This document shows, piece after piece, positions 9,280-19,994 of a stretch of 64,000 nt of DNA. The stretch's first letter is position 1, and every line of letters starts with the position of its first letter. Source of the stretch: a virus; IMG/VR virus record IMGVR_UViG_3300030060_005695, one strand, 5' to 3'. Both the position numbers and the translations under genes were made by a program. The notes beneath the pieces are model-generated. The model made no database searches, was not told the origin of the DNA, and worked only from the letters and a program-made list of their open reading frames with translations.

Positions 9280-11688
9280 ATGAGTTATATAATTAAAAAC
9301 AGTACACAAGGAGCGATAGTCGCTCGTCTTACCGATGCCGGTAGAAGAAAACTATCAGAAGGAAAATTAAACATCGGACTTTTCCAAATAGGTGATAGTG
9401 AAGTTAACTATGATTGTTACGCGCAACAACCAGCAGCAAGTCCAGGTTTATTTATATTACAGGCAGAACACAATGCACAGAACTTAAACCCTATGCCTGA
9501 AAAAAATAAAGGTCATGTGAAATACCCATTAGTGGGTGGGTTAAGTAGTGGTGATACCTTTGGCCCAACTATACCACAACACCAACAAAACGATGTTTAT
9601 AATACTGCAACTCTAAGAGGATTTTTTACTGGAACAACTGATAATACTGCTGCAGGACAAGGTTCTTATACTTATTTTTCTGCTAATACTGGTGGTTCTT
9701 ATACATTATCATCAGATTGGTTATTTTGTACCTCTGCAATGACAGGTGGAAGTCAGATGTTGTTACATACAGCTTATACTATATGTTCTTTACAACAATA
9801 TTCACCAGTAATTGGTGATTTATTATCGGTTACGTATGAATTTTCAGGTGCTAACTGTTCACAACTTAACTATAGTGCAGCTTCTACAACATTATTCTAC
9901 CAAGTGGTAGCTGGTAATAGTAATTCCGCACAGACCAATGCGGCACTATATCTCACAGTAGATAGGGCACTCCCTAATTTTAGTGGGGTGACCACTCAGA
10001 TGGATGATGTTTGTATGAGAGTACGAGTATATCCAGCATCATCTGCTAATTCTACTACCCTATCTAGTATATATAATACCGCTAGTACTATTAATTGTTG
10101 GTGTGACGATACATTATCTTTTAACAATTGTTGTGACACATCTAACTCAGATGTTAAAATATGGAATATGAATATAAATTGGACACATCAAGTAGCGGGA
10201 GTAGCATCACCAACAAATGGTGTTTTTGTAGGGGTGGACAATTATGGTTCTAGTGGTTATTGTGGGTCCAAGGAATATTTTGGTTTAGAAAGTAACGATG
10301 GACAATCTTTTACGAATCAAGTTACTGATACTTACCACCCTTCAGTTATTGGTGGTACTTTTTACTTTGATTCTTTTTATAATACAAGAGTGGTTTTACC
10401 AGAAGACCAGAAATGTGCTGGTTTCATACACTACACAAATAATTCTACTACAGATTTTTATGGTGAAAAATTTGCCATGAAAGATACTACCATGACTACT
10501 ATTGGAGAAGCTAAAAACTTTAAATTACATTTACCTTGGTTAATGTGGCATAAAAAGAGTTCACAGGGTTCAGGGGTAGGAACTGGTGCGGGTAATGAAA
10601 CCATATTAGGTCAAACTTTTTATGTAGACCCACAATCTTACCCAGATGTATTTCCAGTCAATCCTCACTTAATGTTATCTAGTAAAAACATAAACATGAA
10701 TGATGATGGTTTAAGATATTATCATTTGTGGGATGACAATATAGGTAGTGGAGCAACACCTAATAGAGTAGGTAAAGTATTCCCAGACTATAAAATGATT
10801 GTTATAGATGATGAAGAATTATTAGCTGCTATGTCTTATAAATCTAATAGAAGTTGGACTTTACCAGCACCTAGAACCCAAAAAGTTCCAGCTGGTACAG
10901 GATGTCCTACTGGTGCGTGTGCTACATTTGGAGCGGTACAAAATCCGGGGGATACACTATATATGACTTACTTATTTGAAAATAATACAGTTGGTAATGC
11001 TGGAGTGGGTACTGGTTTACATTGTAATTATTATGTTAATGAAACTTTAGAACCAGGTGAAACTGCATTTGATGTTGGGATTACCTTAGGTGCAGAATTC
11101 CCTTATTTAAGAGATAATTTTGCTCTAACTGGTACTGGGTGGGAAGCGGACACATTACATATATTATGGCAAATAGTACCAAACGGACAAAAAGTTTCTC
11201 CACATGGTTGGAACATGAAAGATATTACAGGTGACATCCCAGGACACACAGTAGGAACTAAAATAGCTGCAACTAACATCATAAATCAAACATTTTTTCT
11301 AACTGGAAATGACACAGACCCAACGTGTAATCCAACACCTACAAATTATAGTTTAAATGATTATATCACTATACCACAAAATGGTGATTTAGCGGGATTG
11401 AATTTTGGTGACGAATATTTCTTTTATGGTAGTATAGAAACTGATATTATGGCAACCATATACGAAATGAAACACGTGGTACAGTTAGGTGCTAATCAAT
11501 ACGTTACCTCCACCAACCCAACATGGTTAGATTATACAGCCGTTAATGGTTACACCAATCCAAGGTTAACCGAAATTGGTTTATATGATAATGAGAACGG
11601 GTTCCCAGACTTAATGGCTATAGCAAAATTGCAGTCACCTGTTGAAAGAACAAGTACTCAGCAATTTACTATATCTATTGATTTTTAA
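9280..11688 (+). CDS. Baseplate/tail-collar-type structural protein
   Basis: N-terminal LTDAGRRKL...FQIGDSEVNY and C-terminal LTEIGLYD...LMAIAKL motifs typical of tail-fibre-attachment/collar domains. Confidence 0.6.
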   Translation: MSYIIKNSTQGAIVARLTDAGRRKLSEGKLNIGLFQIGDSEVNYDCYAQQPAASPGLFILQAEHNAQNLNPMPEKNKGHVKYPLVGGLSSGDTFGPTIPQHQQNDVYNTATLRGFFTGTTDNTAAGQGSYTYFSANTGGSYTLSSDWLFCTSAMTGGSQMLLHTAYTICSLQQYSPVIGDLLSVTYEFSGANCSQLNYSAASTTLFYQVVAGNSNSAQTNAALYLTVDRALPNFSGVTTQMDDVCMRVRVYPASSANSTTLSSIYNTASTINCWCDDTLSFNNCCDTSNSDVKIWNMNINWTHQVAGVASPTNGVFVGVDNYGSSGYCGSKEYFGLESNDGQSFTNQVTDTYHPSVIGGTFYFDSFYNTRVVLPEDQKCAGFIHYTNNSTTDFYGEKFAMKDTTMTTIGEAKNFKLHLPWLMWHKKSSQGSGVGTGAGNETILGQTFYVDPQSYPDVFPVNPHLMLSSKNINMNDDGLRYYHLWDDNIGSGATPNRVGKVFPDYKMIVIDDEELLAAMSYKSNRSWTLPAPRTQKVPAGTGCPTGACATFGAVQNPGDTLYMTYLFENNTVGNAGVGTGLHCNYYVNETLEPGETAFDVGITLGAEFPYLRDNFALTGTGWEADTLHILWQIVPNGQKVSPHGWNMKDITGDIPGHTVGTKIAATNIINQTFFLTGNDTDPTCNPTPTNYSLNDYITIPQNGDLAGLNFGDEYFFYGSIETDIMATIYEMKHVVQLGANQYVTSTNPTWLDYTAVNGYTNPRLTEIGLYDNENGFPDLMAIAKLQSPVERTSTQQFTISIDF

Positions 11689-12470
11689 TGGGGTATTTAG
11701 GGATTTACAATAATACATTATCTGGTAACACATTTAGGTTATATCTTTCCGATTATGGTAGAAGCGTTATTGGTACAGGAAATGGTTTAATGGACGCAAT
11801 AGCACAATTTGGTTTGGGTGATTCTGATATTGATTATCGTAGATTTGTTGGTAGTGGTAGTTGTAGTGGTCAAACAGGTTTAAGTGCTTTTACAGGTTCA
11901 TGTTTTTATGATTTACCAGATGCAAGAGGTGGAGAACCAACAAGTACTAAACAAAGTTTTGGTACACTACCCTCGATTTTTAGAGGAGCAAGAACTAATA
12001 TTAAATCAGGTGTAGTATCTTTATTAGATACAACCCTAGGTGTTGGACCCACGAATACTAGTACACTTTGGGCAAAATACAAAAAACCAGAAAAACCGGA
12101 AGAAATAGAAAACCCAACCAGTGGAAATTTTGACACATGTTGGGAAGTAGGTCACAACGTGACAGAATTCTACCCCTCATATTGTGTGAGTTGTGCTGAC
12201 TTTAACGGAGATGGTATGGTAGATATAAAAGATTTAATAGTTTTTTTAAATTTAATAGGTACTGAAGCTAAAGTAGGTAATGAATTAATTGGGGATTTTA
12301 ACGGTGACGGTATTGTAGATAAAAAAGACTTGATGATTTTTATGGAATGTTTAAGGTATAATAATAGAAGTATAGAAAGTTATTGTAAAAATAAAGAAGT
12401 TTATTGTTTATTATGTAAACATTTAGGTGGTGAATCACCATGTAATGGTGATTGTTTAAAATGTGTGTAA
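11688..12470 (+). CDS. Structural protein paralog with C-terminal dockerin/EF-hand pair
   Basis: N-terminal LSDYGR...FGLGDSDIDY; tandem DFNGDGMVDIKDL and DFNGDGIVDKKDL Ca-binding loops. Confidence 0.7.
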   Translation: MGYLGIYNNTLSGNTFRLYLSDYGRSVIGTGNGLMDAIAQFGLGDSDIDYRRFVGSGSCSGQTGLSAFTGSCFYDLPDARGGEPTSTKQSFGTLPSIFRGARTNIKSGVVSLLDTTLGVGPTNTSTLWAKYKKPEKPEEIENPTSGNFDTCWEVGHNVTEFYPSYCVSCADFNGDGMVDIKDLIVFLNLIGTEAKVGNELIGDFNGDGIVDKKDLMIFMECLRYNNRSIESYCKNKEVYCLLCKHLGGESPCNGDCLKCV

Positions 12471-12522
12471 TAATGGTAAGAAATCGTTTAACGAGATAAT
12501 TATATAGTAAGAGAATAATAAT

Positions 12523-14394
12523 ATGGGTTATATAAGTGCACAAACAGCAACAACATTGACAGTTCAGTTAACTGAACAAGGTCGTCAATTAATGCTATCA
12601 ACAGGTAGTTTTATAAGTTTATTTGATAAATTTGTTATTTCAGATGGTAACATTGATTATAGAAATACACAAGCACATGGTGATAGTAGTAGCACCGCTA
12701 ACAATTCTGCACAATTAGGTTATATACCTGATGCAACAGGACAAGATAACAATTATAAGAACTCTATAAGTAATGGGTATACTATAAATAATGCAGTATG
12801 GCAAACACCATCCTCAAATAAAGTATTCACCAGAGATAAAAAATATGTTTCAGTGGGAGTTAGAGGAACAGATAACCTAGTAAAATACTATAGAAATGAA
12901 GTTGAGATAGATGTGTATTTGTCAGACTACTATGTTCTATGTAAATTATTAGCAGCCAAATATATAGACGACCACAAAGACATCCTATCTTCTGCAGCAA
13001 CAACAATCTCAACAGCTACAACTAATTATTTTGAAAATACATTAAATATTCGTAACAATAGTGATTATACTAATTTCTTAAATGAGTTATCACAACATGG
13101 TGTAGGTCAATATATTGACTATGTAGATTCAGTTAAAATATATGACGGAACTAATTTTACAACAAGTGGTATAAAATTAGTACCATTAAAGGATAGTAGT
13201 TATTATAATGCACTTGCAATGGCTGGGGGTGCATTTATGAATAGAGGACAACATACTGGTATTGATTTTACGGGTACAAACTTAAAAGGTTTACAACTAC
13301 CATCACCATTCTCTTTAGTATTTTCTCCTGGATTAGACGAAAATGGTACAAGATATTTAAGGGGTGCTGGGAGATATGGAATTGGATTCGCAGCATTTGA
13401 TGTTGGGTATTTAAATTGTGGAGGAATGTCAACATGGAACCAAAACGGACAATCTTACCCAACATTTAATATGAATTCAACACAAAACGGCTGGGTAAGT
13501 GATTTAGCAAATGAAGTAGAACCATTAATAGGATTTGTAAGTACTATAGATATGGAAAGAGAAGTAAGTATAACTGAAAGTGGGTTCAACAGTCCAGCTT
13601 ATAAAAATATAAACATAACTATACCAACTACAAGGTTAGTGATTAACGTGACAAATTCTAATTATTCACCAACGTACTACCCAATAAAACTAAAAAGATT
13701 AACACAAAATCAAGGTGAATATGTAGATATTAATAAAGATAATAATAAAGGTATTCGTATAACCTATACCACACACCCATCAGATACGTTTGGGTTATTA
13801 ATGGGTAGTATGGAATATACTGCTAATTGGAATAACAACGAACAAGGACTTAAAAGTGGTGGAGCAGACTTCTCACTATATCCATCTAAAGATAATGGAT
13901 TAAGTATAGTAGCTGGTAACGTTGTTGCGGAAACAGACCCATATTACACATTATTTACTAGACAAGCAAAAATGGCGGATAATATATTTACTACTATTGC
14001 TAGACAGAATAATAGTTATTGGAAAACTGATACTTATAGTGGTGGTTATATAGCTGGGTTAAGTGGTAGTGGATTAACTTCATATAATATTTCAGTACCA
14101 GTAAGTTGGGAAGTACAATCTTCAGAACAAAATGGTGTAGTACCATGTAAATTAACTGTTAGGTTTAAATTTAATAAAGCAGCACTATCACCATCTTTTG
14201 CTTACAAAAACGTTTCATCACAAAATTATTATAGAATGTACGATAACGCAACATTCCGTTTTTATGGTGAAGCGGGTGGAGACAGAAGTTCGTACTCAGA
14301 AGACCCTAGAGGGCATAACAGTTCAAATCCGTGGCAAACAAGTGGGGGTAAAGCTCTATTCTTTAAAGTTACAAGCGGACAAGTAATAAATTAA
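12523..14394 (+). CDS. Structural protein paralog (tail/baseplate)
   Basis: N-terminal LTEQGRQLM...FVISDGNIDY shared with the two upstream genes. Confidence 0.55.
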   Translation: MGYISAQTATTLTVQLTEQGRQLMLSTGSFISLFDKFVISDGNIDYRNTQAHGDSSSTANNSAQLGYIPDATGQDNNYKNSISNGYTINNAVWQTPSSNKVFTRDKKYVSVGVRGTDNLVKYYRNEVEIDVYLSDYYVLCKLLAAKYIDDHKDILSSAATTISTATTNYFENTLNIRNNSDYTNFLNELSQHGVGQYIDYVDSVKIYDGTNFTTSGIKLVPLKDSSYYNALAMAGGAFMNRGQHTGIDFTGTNLKGLQLPSPFSLVFSPGLDENGTRYLRGAGRYGIGFAAFDVGYLNCGGMSTWNQNGQSYPTFNMNSTQNGWVSDLANEVEPLIGFVSTIDMEREVSITESGFNSPAYKNINITIPTTRLVINVTNSNYSPTYYPIKLKRLTQNQGEYVDINKDNNKGIRITYTTHPSDTFGLLMGSMEYTANWNNNEQGLKSGGADFSLYPSKDNGLSIVAGNVVAETDPYYTLFTRQAKMADNIFTTIARQNNSYWKTDTYSGGYIAGLSGSGLTSYNISVPVSWEVQSSEQNGVVPCKLTVRFKFNKAALSPSFAYKNVSSQNYYRMYDNATFRFYGEAGGDRSSYSEDPRGHNSSNPWQTSGGKALFFKVTSGQVIN

Positions 14395-14399
14395 ATAAA

Positions 14400-14831
14400 A
14401 TGGATACAAAAGCTTTAGAATTTTATAGGGGTGAAAGTAAATGTACTGAAAATAGTGTTTTGGTTGGAAAAGAACCTATTTTATATGTAGATAACCAAAG
14501 AATAAGAGGTGCTAGAAATAGATTTGTCGACCAATCTAGAAGTAGTGAGGCCAGTAGATATTATGGTACACCTGGTGAATATAACGCAGTTTTTGCACCA
14601 TCCAAATACATCTCAGTGGTTAGTCCACCAGATAAAGGTAAGTACATGTTTGTTAGTTACACAAGTAGTCCGTCATTAACAACAAATAAAGTATTTCCAG
14701 GAATTCAAAACAATGCAAATGGTAGAACTGAAGGTAGTCCTTTTCATGTGGTACCCCTTTACTTTGCGGGTAGAGCATCTTTAGTTTTAGATAGAGCTAT
14801 AAATTCGAATAATTATAAAAGTTGGGTTTAA
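14400..14831 (+). CDS. Hypothetical protein in structural cluster
   Basis: 143 aa ORF tightly packed between structural genes. Confidence 0.5.
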   Translation: MDTKALEFYRGESKCTENSVLVGKEPILYVDNQRIRGARNRFVDQSRSSEASRYYGTPGEYNAVFAPSKYISVVSPPDKGKYMFVSYTSSPSLTTNKVFPGIQNNANGRTEGSPFHVVPLYFAGRASLVLDRAINSNNYKSWV

Positions 14832-14832
14832 A

Positions 14833-16050
14833 ATGGGAAAATTTAAAAAAATAAAAACAAGTGAAAAAAGAATAGAAGCGGTTCTAGTACCTTATAATGC
14901 TTCTGCAAGTACTGGATGGAACTACATAAGTGGGTCAAGCTTACCATTCACAATAATACAAAGAAACCCTTCAAACGGTAGAGCTTTTTCTAATCTATAC
15001 TCTTCCTTTAATATGCCAGCAAATAGTGGGGCAACAAATTCATTCCTATCAACTTGGGCAAATACAGGTTTTAGTGGACTTTCACAAGCACAAGCAATAG
15101 TAGCTGAAATTCCAAAAAGTGAATATGGGGTATTAATAGATGGTAGAACATTAAAACTATTAGTACCTAAAGGAAATCCTGGAGCAGAAGGTAATTATGA
15201 GTTGTATAGTTCTTACTACAATCCAATGCCAACCTCATCCGATAATTCTGATGAGGGTGAATTTTTTGGTAACCCAAAAATATCTGGTAACATAGTTGGT
15301 AATCCCGGACTACCATCAACTAATGTAGCCTTTTTGTTTTGTGATGAAATACTAGGACCTTCCTTATCAGCATCTAACACTAATATAACAAGCTGGTCAA
15401 GTGGGTGGGTTTCAGGAACCACACCAACAGGATATCCTAACGCTGGTGTAGATAATTTTAGATTTACAGAAACAGTCTCATCATCTAAAACACCTAAAGC
15501 TTATGCACAAGTACAAGACCGTCCAGTAGGTATAGCTTATCTAGATAAAGGATTTGCTGTTATAACGGACCCAGGTATTGTTGCTAATTTTAATTATAGT
15601 GGAGCTTCTACTGGAGGTACCTTAGCGTATCCATTCCATAAAGGAAACCCTAACGCGAATACAATGTCATTTGCATCTGCAGCTACTCAGATATATTTTA
15701 CTGGTTCTAGTTCTGCAAATTGTACTTTTTATTCTTTTGAAAAAGAATATAGAATAGTGGTAGATATTGTTGCTGCGGCAGGTGAATTTTATGTTACAGA
15801 AAATCAAACAGCTTCACCAGCGGAAACACCTTATTATGGTGCGGGAGGTGATGACACAGGAATACAATTCCAAACTCCATTTGGTGACGTACATAACATA
15901 TGGGATTTATCAGATGTAAGTTCTTCTTATATAACAGAAATAGGACTATATGACTCATCAAACCGACTAATAGCTGTTGCTATTCCAGATAGACCTATAG
16001 AAAAAGCAAAAAACACACCCGTAAACCTACAACTAGTACTTACTTTCTAA
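14833..16050 (+). CDS. Baseplate/tail-collar-type structural protein
   Basis: C-terminal YITEIGLYDSSNRLIAVA..DRPIEK, homologous to the C-terminus of 9280..11688. Confidence 0.6.
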   Translation: MGKFKKIKTSEKRIEAVLVPYNASASTGWNYISGSSLPFTIIQRNPSNGRAFSNLYSSFNMPANSGATNSFLSTWANTGFSGLSQAQAIVAEIPKSEYGVLIDGRTLKLLVPKGNPGAEGNYELYSSYYNPMPTSSDNSDEGEFFGNPKISGNIVGNPGLPSTNVAFLFCDEILGPSLSASNTNITSWSSGWVSGTTPTGYPNAGVDNFRFTETVSSSKTPKAYAQVQDRPVGIAYLDKGFAVITDPGIVANFNYSGASTGGTLAYPFHKGNPNANTMSFASAATQIYFTGSSSANCTFYSFEKEYRIVVDIVAAAGEFYVTENQTASPAETPYYGAGGDDTGIQFQTPFGDVHNIWDLSDVSSSYITEIGLYDSSNRLIAVAIPDRPIEKAKNTPVNLQLVLTF

Positions 16051-16090
16051 TATTATTTTATAGTATTATATAAAATAAAAAAGATTACGG

Positions 16091-16687
16091 ATGAATAATA
16101 TAGGAAATACCCCTAAAGTATTAGGTTTAGATATATCAACCAAAACTATAGGATGGGCACTTTTTGATATACAAAAACAAGAACTATTAGAGCTAACACA
16201 CTTCTCACCCAAAGTCAAACCTAAAAGAGAAGATAAAATAGAAGAAATGTTAGTAAAAGCCGACCAATTTCATGACAAATTAATAGACTATAAAAATATT
16301 GGTATAACTAAAGTTATTATAGAAGAACCCCTTATAAATTCTAATAATATTAGAACGGTAGCTACATTAATGAGATACAATTCTTTTATAACTAGAACAA
16401 TATATAATGTATTAGGTATTATCCCTTCATTCATATCAACCTACAACTCTAGAAAATTTGCTTTTCCAGAATTAGTTGCTGAAAATATAAAAGGTAGAAA
16501 AGTATTATTTGGTAAATATGAAGTAGGGTGTGATAAAAAACATATTATCTGGCAAAAGGTATCTAATAAAGAACCACATTTAACATGGGCTTATACGAGA
16601 AATAATACACTTAAAAAAGAAAATTTTGATATGTGTGACGCATATACTTGTGTATTAGGTCACATGAATCAAAATAATCTATGGTAA
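16091..16687 (+). CDS. RuvC-like Holliday junction resolvase
   Basis: VLGLDISTKTIGWA, VIIEE, and C-terminal DMCDAY acidic residues of the RNase H fold. Confidence 0.8.
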   Translation: MNNIGNTPKVLGLDISTKTIGWALFDIQKQELLELTHFSPKVKPKREDKIEEMLVKADQFHDKLIDYKNIGITKVIIEEPLINSNNIRTVATLMRYNSFITRTIYNVLGIIPSFISTYNSRKFAFPELVAENIKGRKVLFGKYEVGCDKKHIIWQKVSNKEPHLTWAYTRNNTLKKENFDMCDAYTCVLGHMNQNNLW

Positions 16688-16722
16688 TTGATTCCTTATA
16701 AAAAATTCCATACATTTATCAT

Positions 16723-17637
16723 ATGGAAGATTCACCACTATTATTAGAATTATTACAGGATGTTTTAGGAGAAATAAATTCACATTATCCTAATAAGGGA
16801 CAAATATCTTTTGATTGTCCAGTATGTTCTTACGATATTAAAGGATTAGATAAGGGTGACGGTAAAGGAAACTTTGAAGTAAACTACCAACAAGGAGTCT
16901 ATAAATGTTGGGCTTGTTCTGAAACATACGGTACTCACGGTTCTCTAAACAAATTATTTTTAAAGTGGGGTGATAGGAGACATAAGTCAACTTGGGAGTT
17001 AATAGGTGGTGACTTCATCAAAACAAAGAAAAGAAAGTACGAAGATGTAAAATTACCAAAACACTATATTTCATTTAGTAAAGGTAATAAACTCACAATA
17101 CCATATAAAGAAGCGTATAATTATTTAAGAAAAAGAAATATAAATGATGAGGTAATTTCTAAATATTCTATAGGTTATAGTACAGAAGGTCCCTATAGTG
17201 GTAGAATAATAGTACCATCTTTTGATGAAAATGAAGAAATCAACTACTTTGTTTCACGTTCCTATGTTGGACATAAAAATAAATACAAAAACCCTGAAGC
17301 CGAAAAAGATAAAATAATATTTAACGAACACTTAATTAATTGGGAAGAAAATATATATTTAGTAGAAGGTGTCTTTGATATGTTTTTTGTACCAAACGCT
17401 ATTCCCGTTTTAGGGAAAAGTGTTAGTGACAAACTATGGAATAAATTATATGATAATGCAAAAAAGAATATTATAATTTGTTTAGATGGTGATGCTTGGA
17501 AAGACGCACAAAATTTATATAGAAAACTAGATGGTGGTAAACTAAATGGTAGAATTAGGTTAATTAGATTGCCGTTAGATAAAGATGTTGGTGAATTAGG
17601 TGGGTTAAAAGGACTCAAAGAAATAAAATTATTATAA
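16723..17637 (+). CDS. DNA primase (Zn finger + TOPRIM)
   Basis: CPVC...CWAC zinc finger, GRIIVP, LVEGVFD, CLDGDA, KDVGE. Confidence 0.9.
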   Translation: MEDSPLLLELLQDVLGEINSHYPNKGQISFDCPVCSYDIKGLDKGDGKGNFEVNYQQGVYKCWACSETYGTHGSLNKLFLKWGDRRHKSTWELIGGDFIKTKKRKYEDVKLPKHYISFSKGNKLTIPYKEAYNYLRKRNINDEVISKYSIGYSTEGPYSGRIIVPSFDENEEINYFVSRSYVGHKNKYKNPEAEKDKIIFNEHLINWEENIYLVEGVFDMFFVPNAIPVLGKSVSDKLWNKLYDNAKKNIIICLDGDAWKDAQNLYRKLDGGKLNGRIRLIRLPLDKDVGELGGLKGLKEIKLL

Positions 17638-17638
17638 T

Positions 17639-18403
17639 ATGAAAATAACAAGAGAATTAGCAAAATTTAATAATATAAAGTTTCATGATAAGGAACACAT
17701 CTATTATTTAGATGGGGTAAGAACAAAATCTGTAACATCAATAATAGGAAAATATAAACATCCATTTGATAAAGATTATTGGTCACAAAAAAAGGCAGAC
17801 GAAAGAGGTATAACAAAAGAAGAAATCTTAAAAGAATGGAAATATAAAGCGGATTTTTCATGTGAAAAAGGTTCGGCTTTTCACGAGTACGCTGAAAATT
17901 TTTTAACGAATAAATTATTTCCATTTCCAGAATACAGAATAACAGAAGCTTTAGGTAGTAAAGAAAATATGTTAGAATGTAAAGAAGCTGTAAATAAATT
18001 AAAAAAAATGTTTGATGATTTTTACAATAAATCTTTTGGTAAATTAATACCAGTACGAGCAGAGGTTGTGGTTGGAGATAAAGATTGGGGTGTTACAGGA
18101 ATGATTGACCAATTATTCTATAACGAAAAATCACAAAAATTAGAAATTTGGGATTGGAAAACCAATAAAGCTATAAAAGAAAATAATAAATGGCAACAAT
18201 TTAAGGAACCTTTAAGTCATTTAGATGTTTGTGAATTAAATACATATTCACTACAATTATCTTTTTATAAATTAATAGTTGAAAGAAATACAAAACTAGA
18301 TTTAGGTGACAGTTATATCGTATGGTTTAATGAGAATAATGATACTTATAAAATTATTAAATGTTATGATTTTAGAGATGAAATATTAAAAATAATGAAC
18401 TAA
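17639..18403 (+). CDS. PD-(D/E)XK exonuclease (Cas4/RecB-like)
   Basis: SVTSII, GSAFHEYAE, GMIDQL, IWDWKTNK, YSLQLSFY. Confidence 0.85.
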   Translation: MKITRELAKFNNIKFHDKEHIYYLDGVRTKSVTSIIGKYKHPFDKDYWSQKKADERGITKEEILKEWKYKADFSCEKGSAFHEYAENFLTNKLFPFPEYRITEALGSKENMLECKEAVNKLKKMFDDFYNKSFGKLIPVRAEVVVGDKDWGVTGMIDQLFYNEKSQKLEIWDWKTNKAIKENNKWQQFKEPLSHLDVCELNTYSLQLSFYKLIVERNTKLDLGDSYIVWFNENNDTYKIIKCYDFRDEILKIMN

Positions 18404-19212
18404 TGGCAGAAATAACTAAACTAATACAATATGATGAACTTAAAAAAATAAAAATTGGACAAATCAAAGACTCCTGGAGTCACGACCTAAGACCAAGTTA
18501 TGTTAAAAACATTTTAAAAATATTAAGTGTAATTCTATTACTAGACTTTTTTCAAAAAAGAAGACTCAGAAAAATAAAAAATAGTATAGTTGAAAATGGG
18601 TATAATCCCGAAAAATATGGGTATATCCTAATCTTTCAAGAAAAAGGAAATAAAGACCACCCATATAGAGCTAGAGATGGTAATCATCGTTTAAGAATTC
18701 TAAAAGAACTATACGGTAATGAGCATGAAATTACGGTAATGTTAAGTGTTAATGCACCTGATGCAAAAAGAGAAATAGAAACTACTTGGGGTGAACTATG
18801 GGATGGAACCAGTAAACTACCAATAATATTGATACCCTCTATAATATTTTTTCTTTGGTATATGTTTTTAGATGTAATCCTAGTTTCTGTTACCTGTTAC
18901 TTTTTTATGATGTTCACTACAGATATAAGTTCTAGAGCACTAACAGACACACACCCTAAAAAAAGATTAGGGTGGTTACACGATAACGCAAAACTACTGT
19001 ATCAAGGCATAATGACAATTTATTACAACTATAGAAGAATAATATTATTACTCATTATTATTATTTATACTTATCATGTTGTTACTACTCACTTACTTGG
19101 GTTGTTAATTATAGGTGGTATAACAATTTTACTAAGATTAATTTTTGAAAAACTATATAATGACGTAAATATTAGTTTTCCAGAATTAATAGATAAAATA
19201 AAAAGTAGATAA
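18403..19212 (+). CDS. ParB/Srx-like domain fused to a multi-TM C-terminus
   Basis: IKNSIVENGY...RDGNHRLRIL ParB-N motif followed by about four hydrophobic helices. Confidence 0.6.
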   Translation: MAEITKLIQYDELKKIKIGQIKDSWSHDLRPSYVKNILKILSVILLLDFFQKRRLRKIKNSIVENGYNPEKYGYILIFQEKGNKDHPYRARDGNHRLRILKELYGNEHEITVMLSVNAPDAKREIETTWGELWDGTSKLPIILIPSIIFFLWYMFLDVILVSVTCYFFMMFTTDISSRALTDTHPKKRLGWLHDNAKLLYQGIMTIYYNYRRIILLLIIIIYTYHVVTTHLLGLLIIGGITILLRLIFEKLYNDVNISFPELIDKIKSR

Positions 19213-19994
19213 TGATAAATAAAATAATACATTATTCTGATTTACACTTAAAACTCTACAAACAACACAAAAGAGATAAAAAAGTTTTAGAAAAGGCTAT
19301 TGAGGAATGGACAGAACTAAAACCAGACAGAATTGTGTTTACCGGAGATTTCGTACACTCAAAAAATCAAATGACACCAGAGTTAATAAATTTAATGTCT
19401 TGGGTGATGACAGAAACAGCAAAAATTTGCAAGTGTGTTTATATTATAGGAAACCATGACTTTTTAGAAAATAATATGGATAGGATGGACGCTATATCAC
19501 CAGTGGTAGAAAGTTTAGATAACCCCAACATTGTTTACTATAAAGATAAAGGTTGCTACGTAGATGATAATATTTTATGGTGTGTTTACTCACTTACTAG
19601 TCATAATGTAAGTCCGGACATACCTGAAGATACGGATAAATATAAAATAGGTTTATTTCACGGACCGATAGAAGGAGCTTCAAATGACTTCGGATTTGTA
19701 TTTGACGATGGATTTAGTGTTGATAGATTTGATGGGTGTGATGTTGTTTTTGCTGGTGATATACACAAAAGACAAACATTTAAAATTCCTAGGGGTAAAA
19801 AAGCATATATGGTTGGTTCCACTATAATACAAAATTTCGGTGAAAGTATAAAAAATCATGGATATGGAGTTTACAACGTTAACACAGAAAAATATAAATT
19901 TTTTACACTTGATAATAACCAACCATATCTTAATTTTAAGATAAGAGACATTGGGGATATAGAAAAAGAAAAAGAAATTTTAACTAATGATTGA
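19212..19994 (+). CDS. SbcD/Mre11-like metallophosphoesterase (recombination nuclease)
   Basis: SDLH, TGDFVH, IGNHD, LFHG, GDIH motifs; GS..QNFGE. Confidence 0.9.
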   Translation: MINKIIHYSDLHLKLYKQHKRDKKVLEKAIEEWTELKPDRIVFTGDFVHSKNQMTPELINLMSWVMTETAKICKCVYIIGNHDFLENNMDRMDAISPVVESLDNPNIVYYKDKGCYVDDNILWCVYSLTSHNVSPDIPEDTDKYKIGLFHGPIEGASNDFGFVFDDGFSVDRFDGCDVVFAGDIHKRQTFKIPRGKKAYMVGSTIIQNFGESIKNHGYGVYNVNTEKYKFFTLDNNQPYLNFKIRDIGDIEKEKEILTND

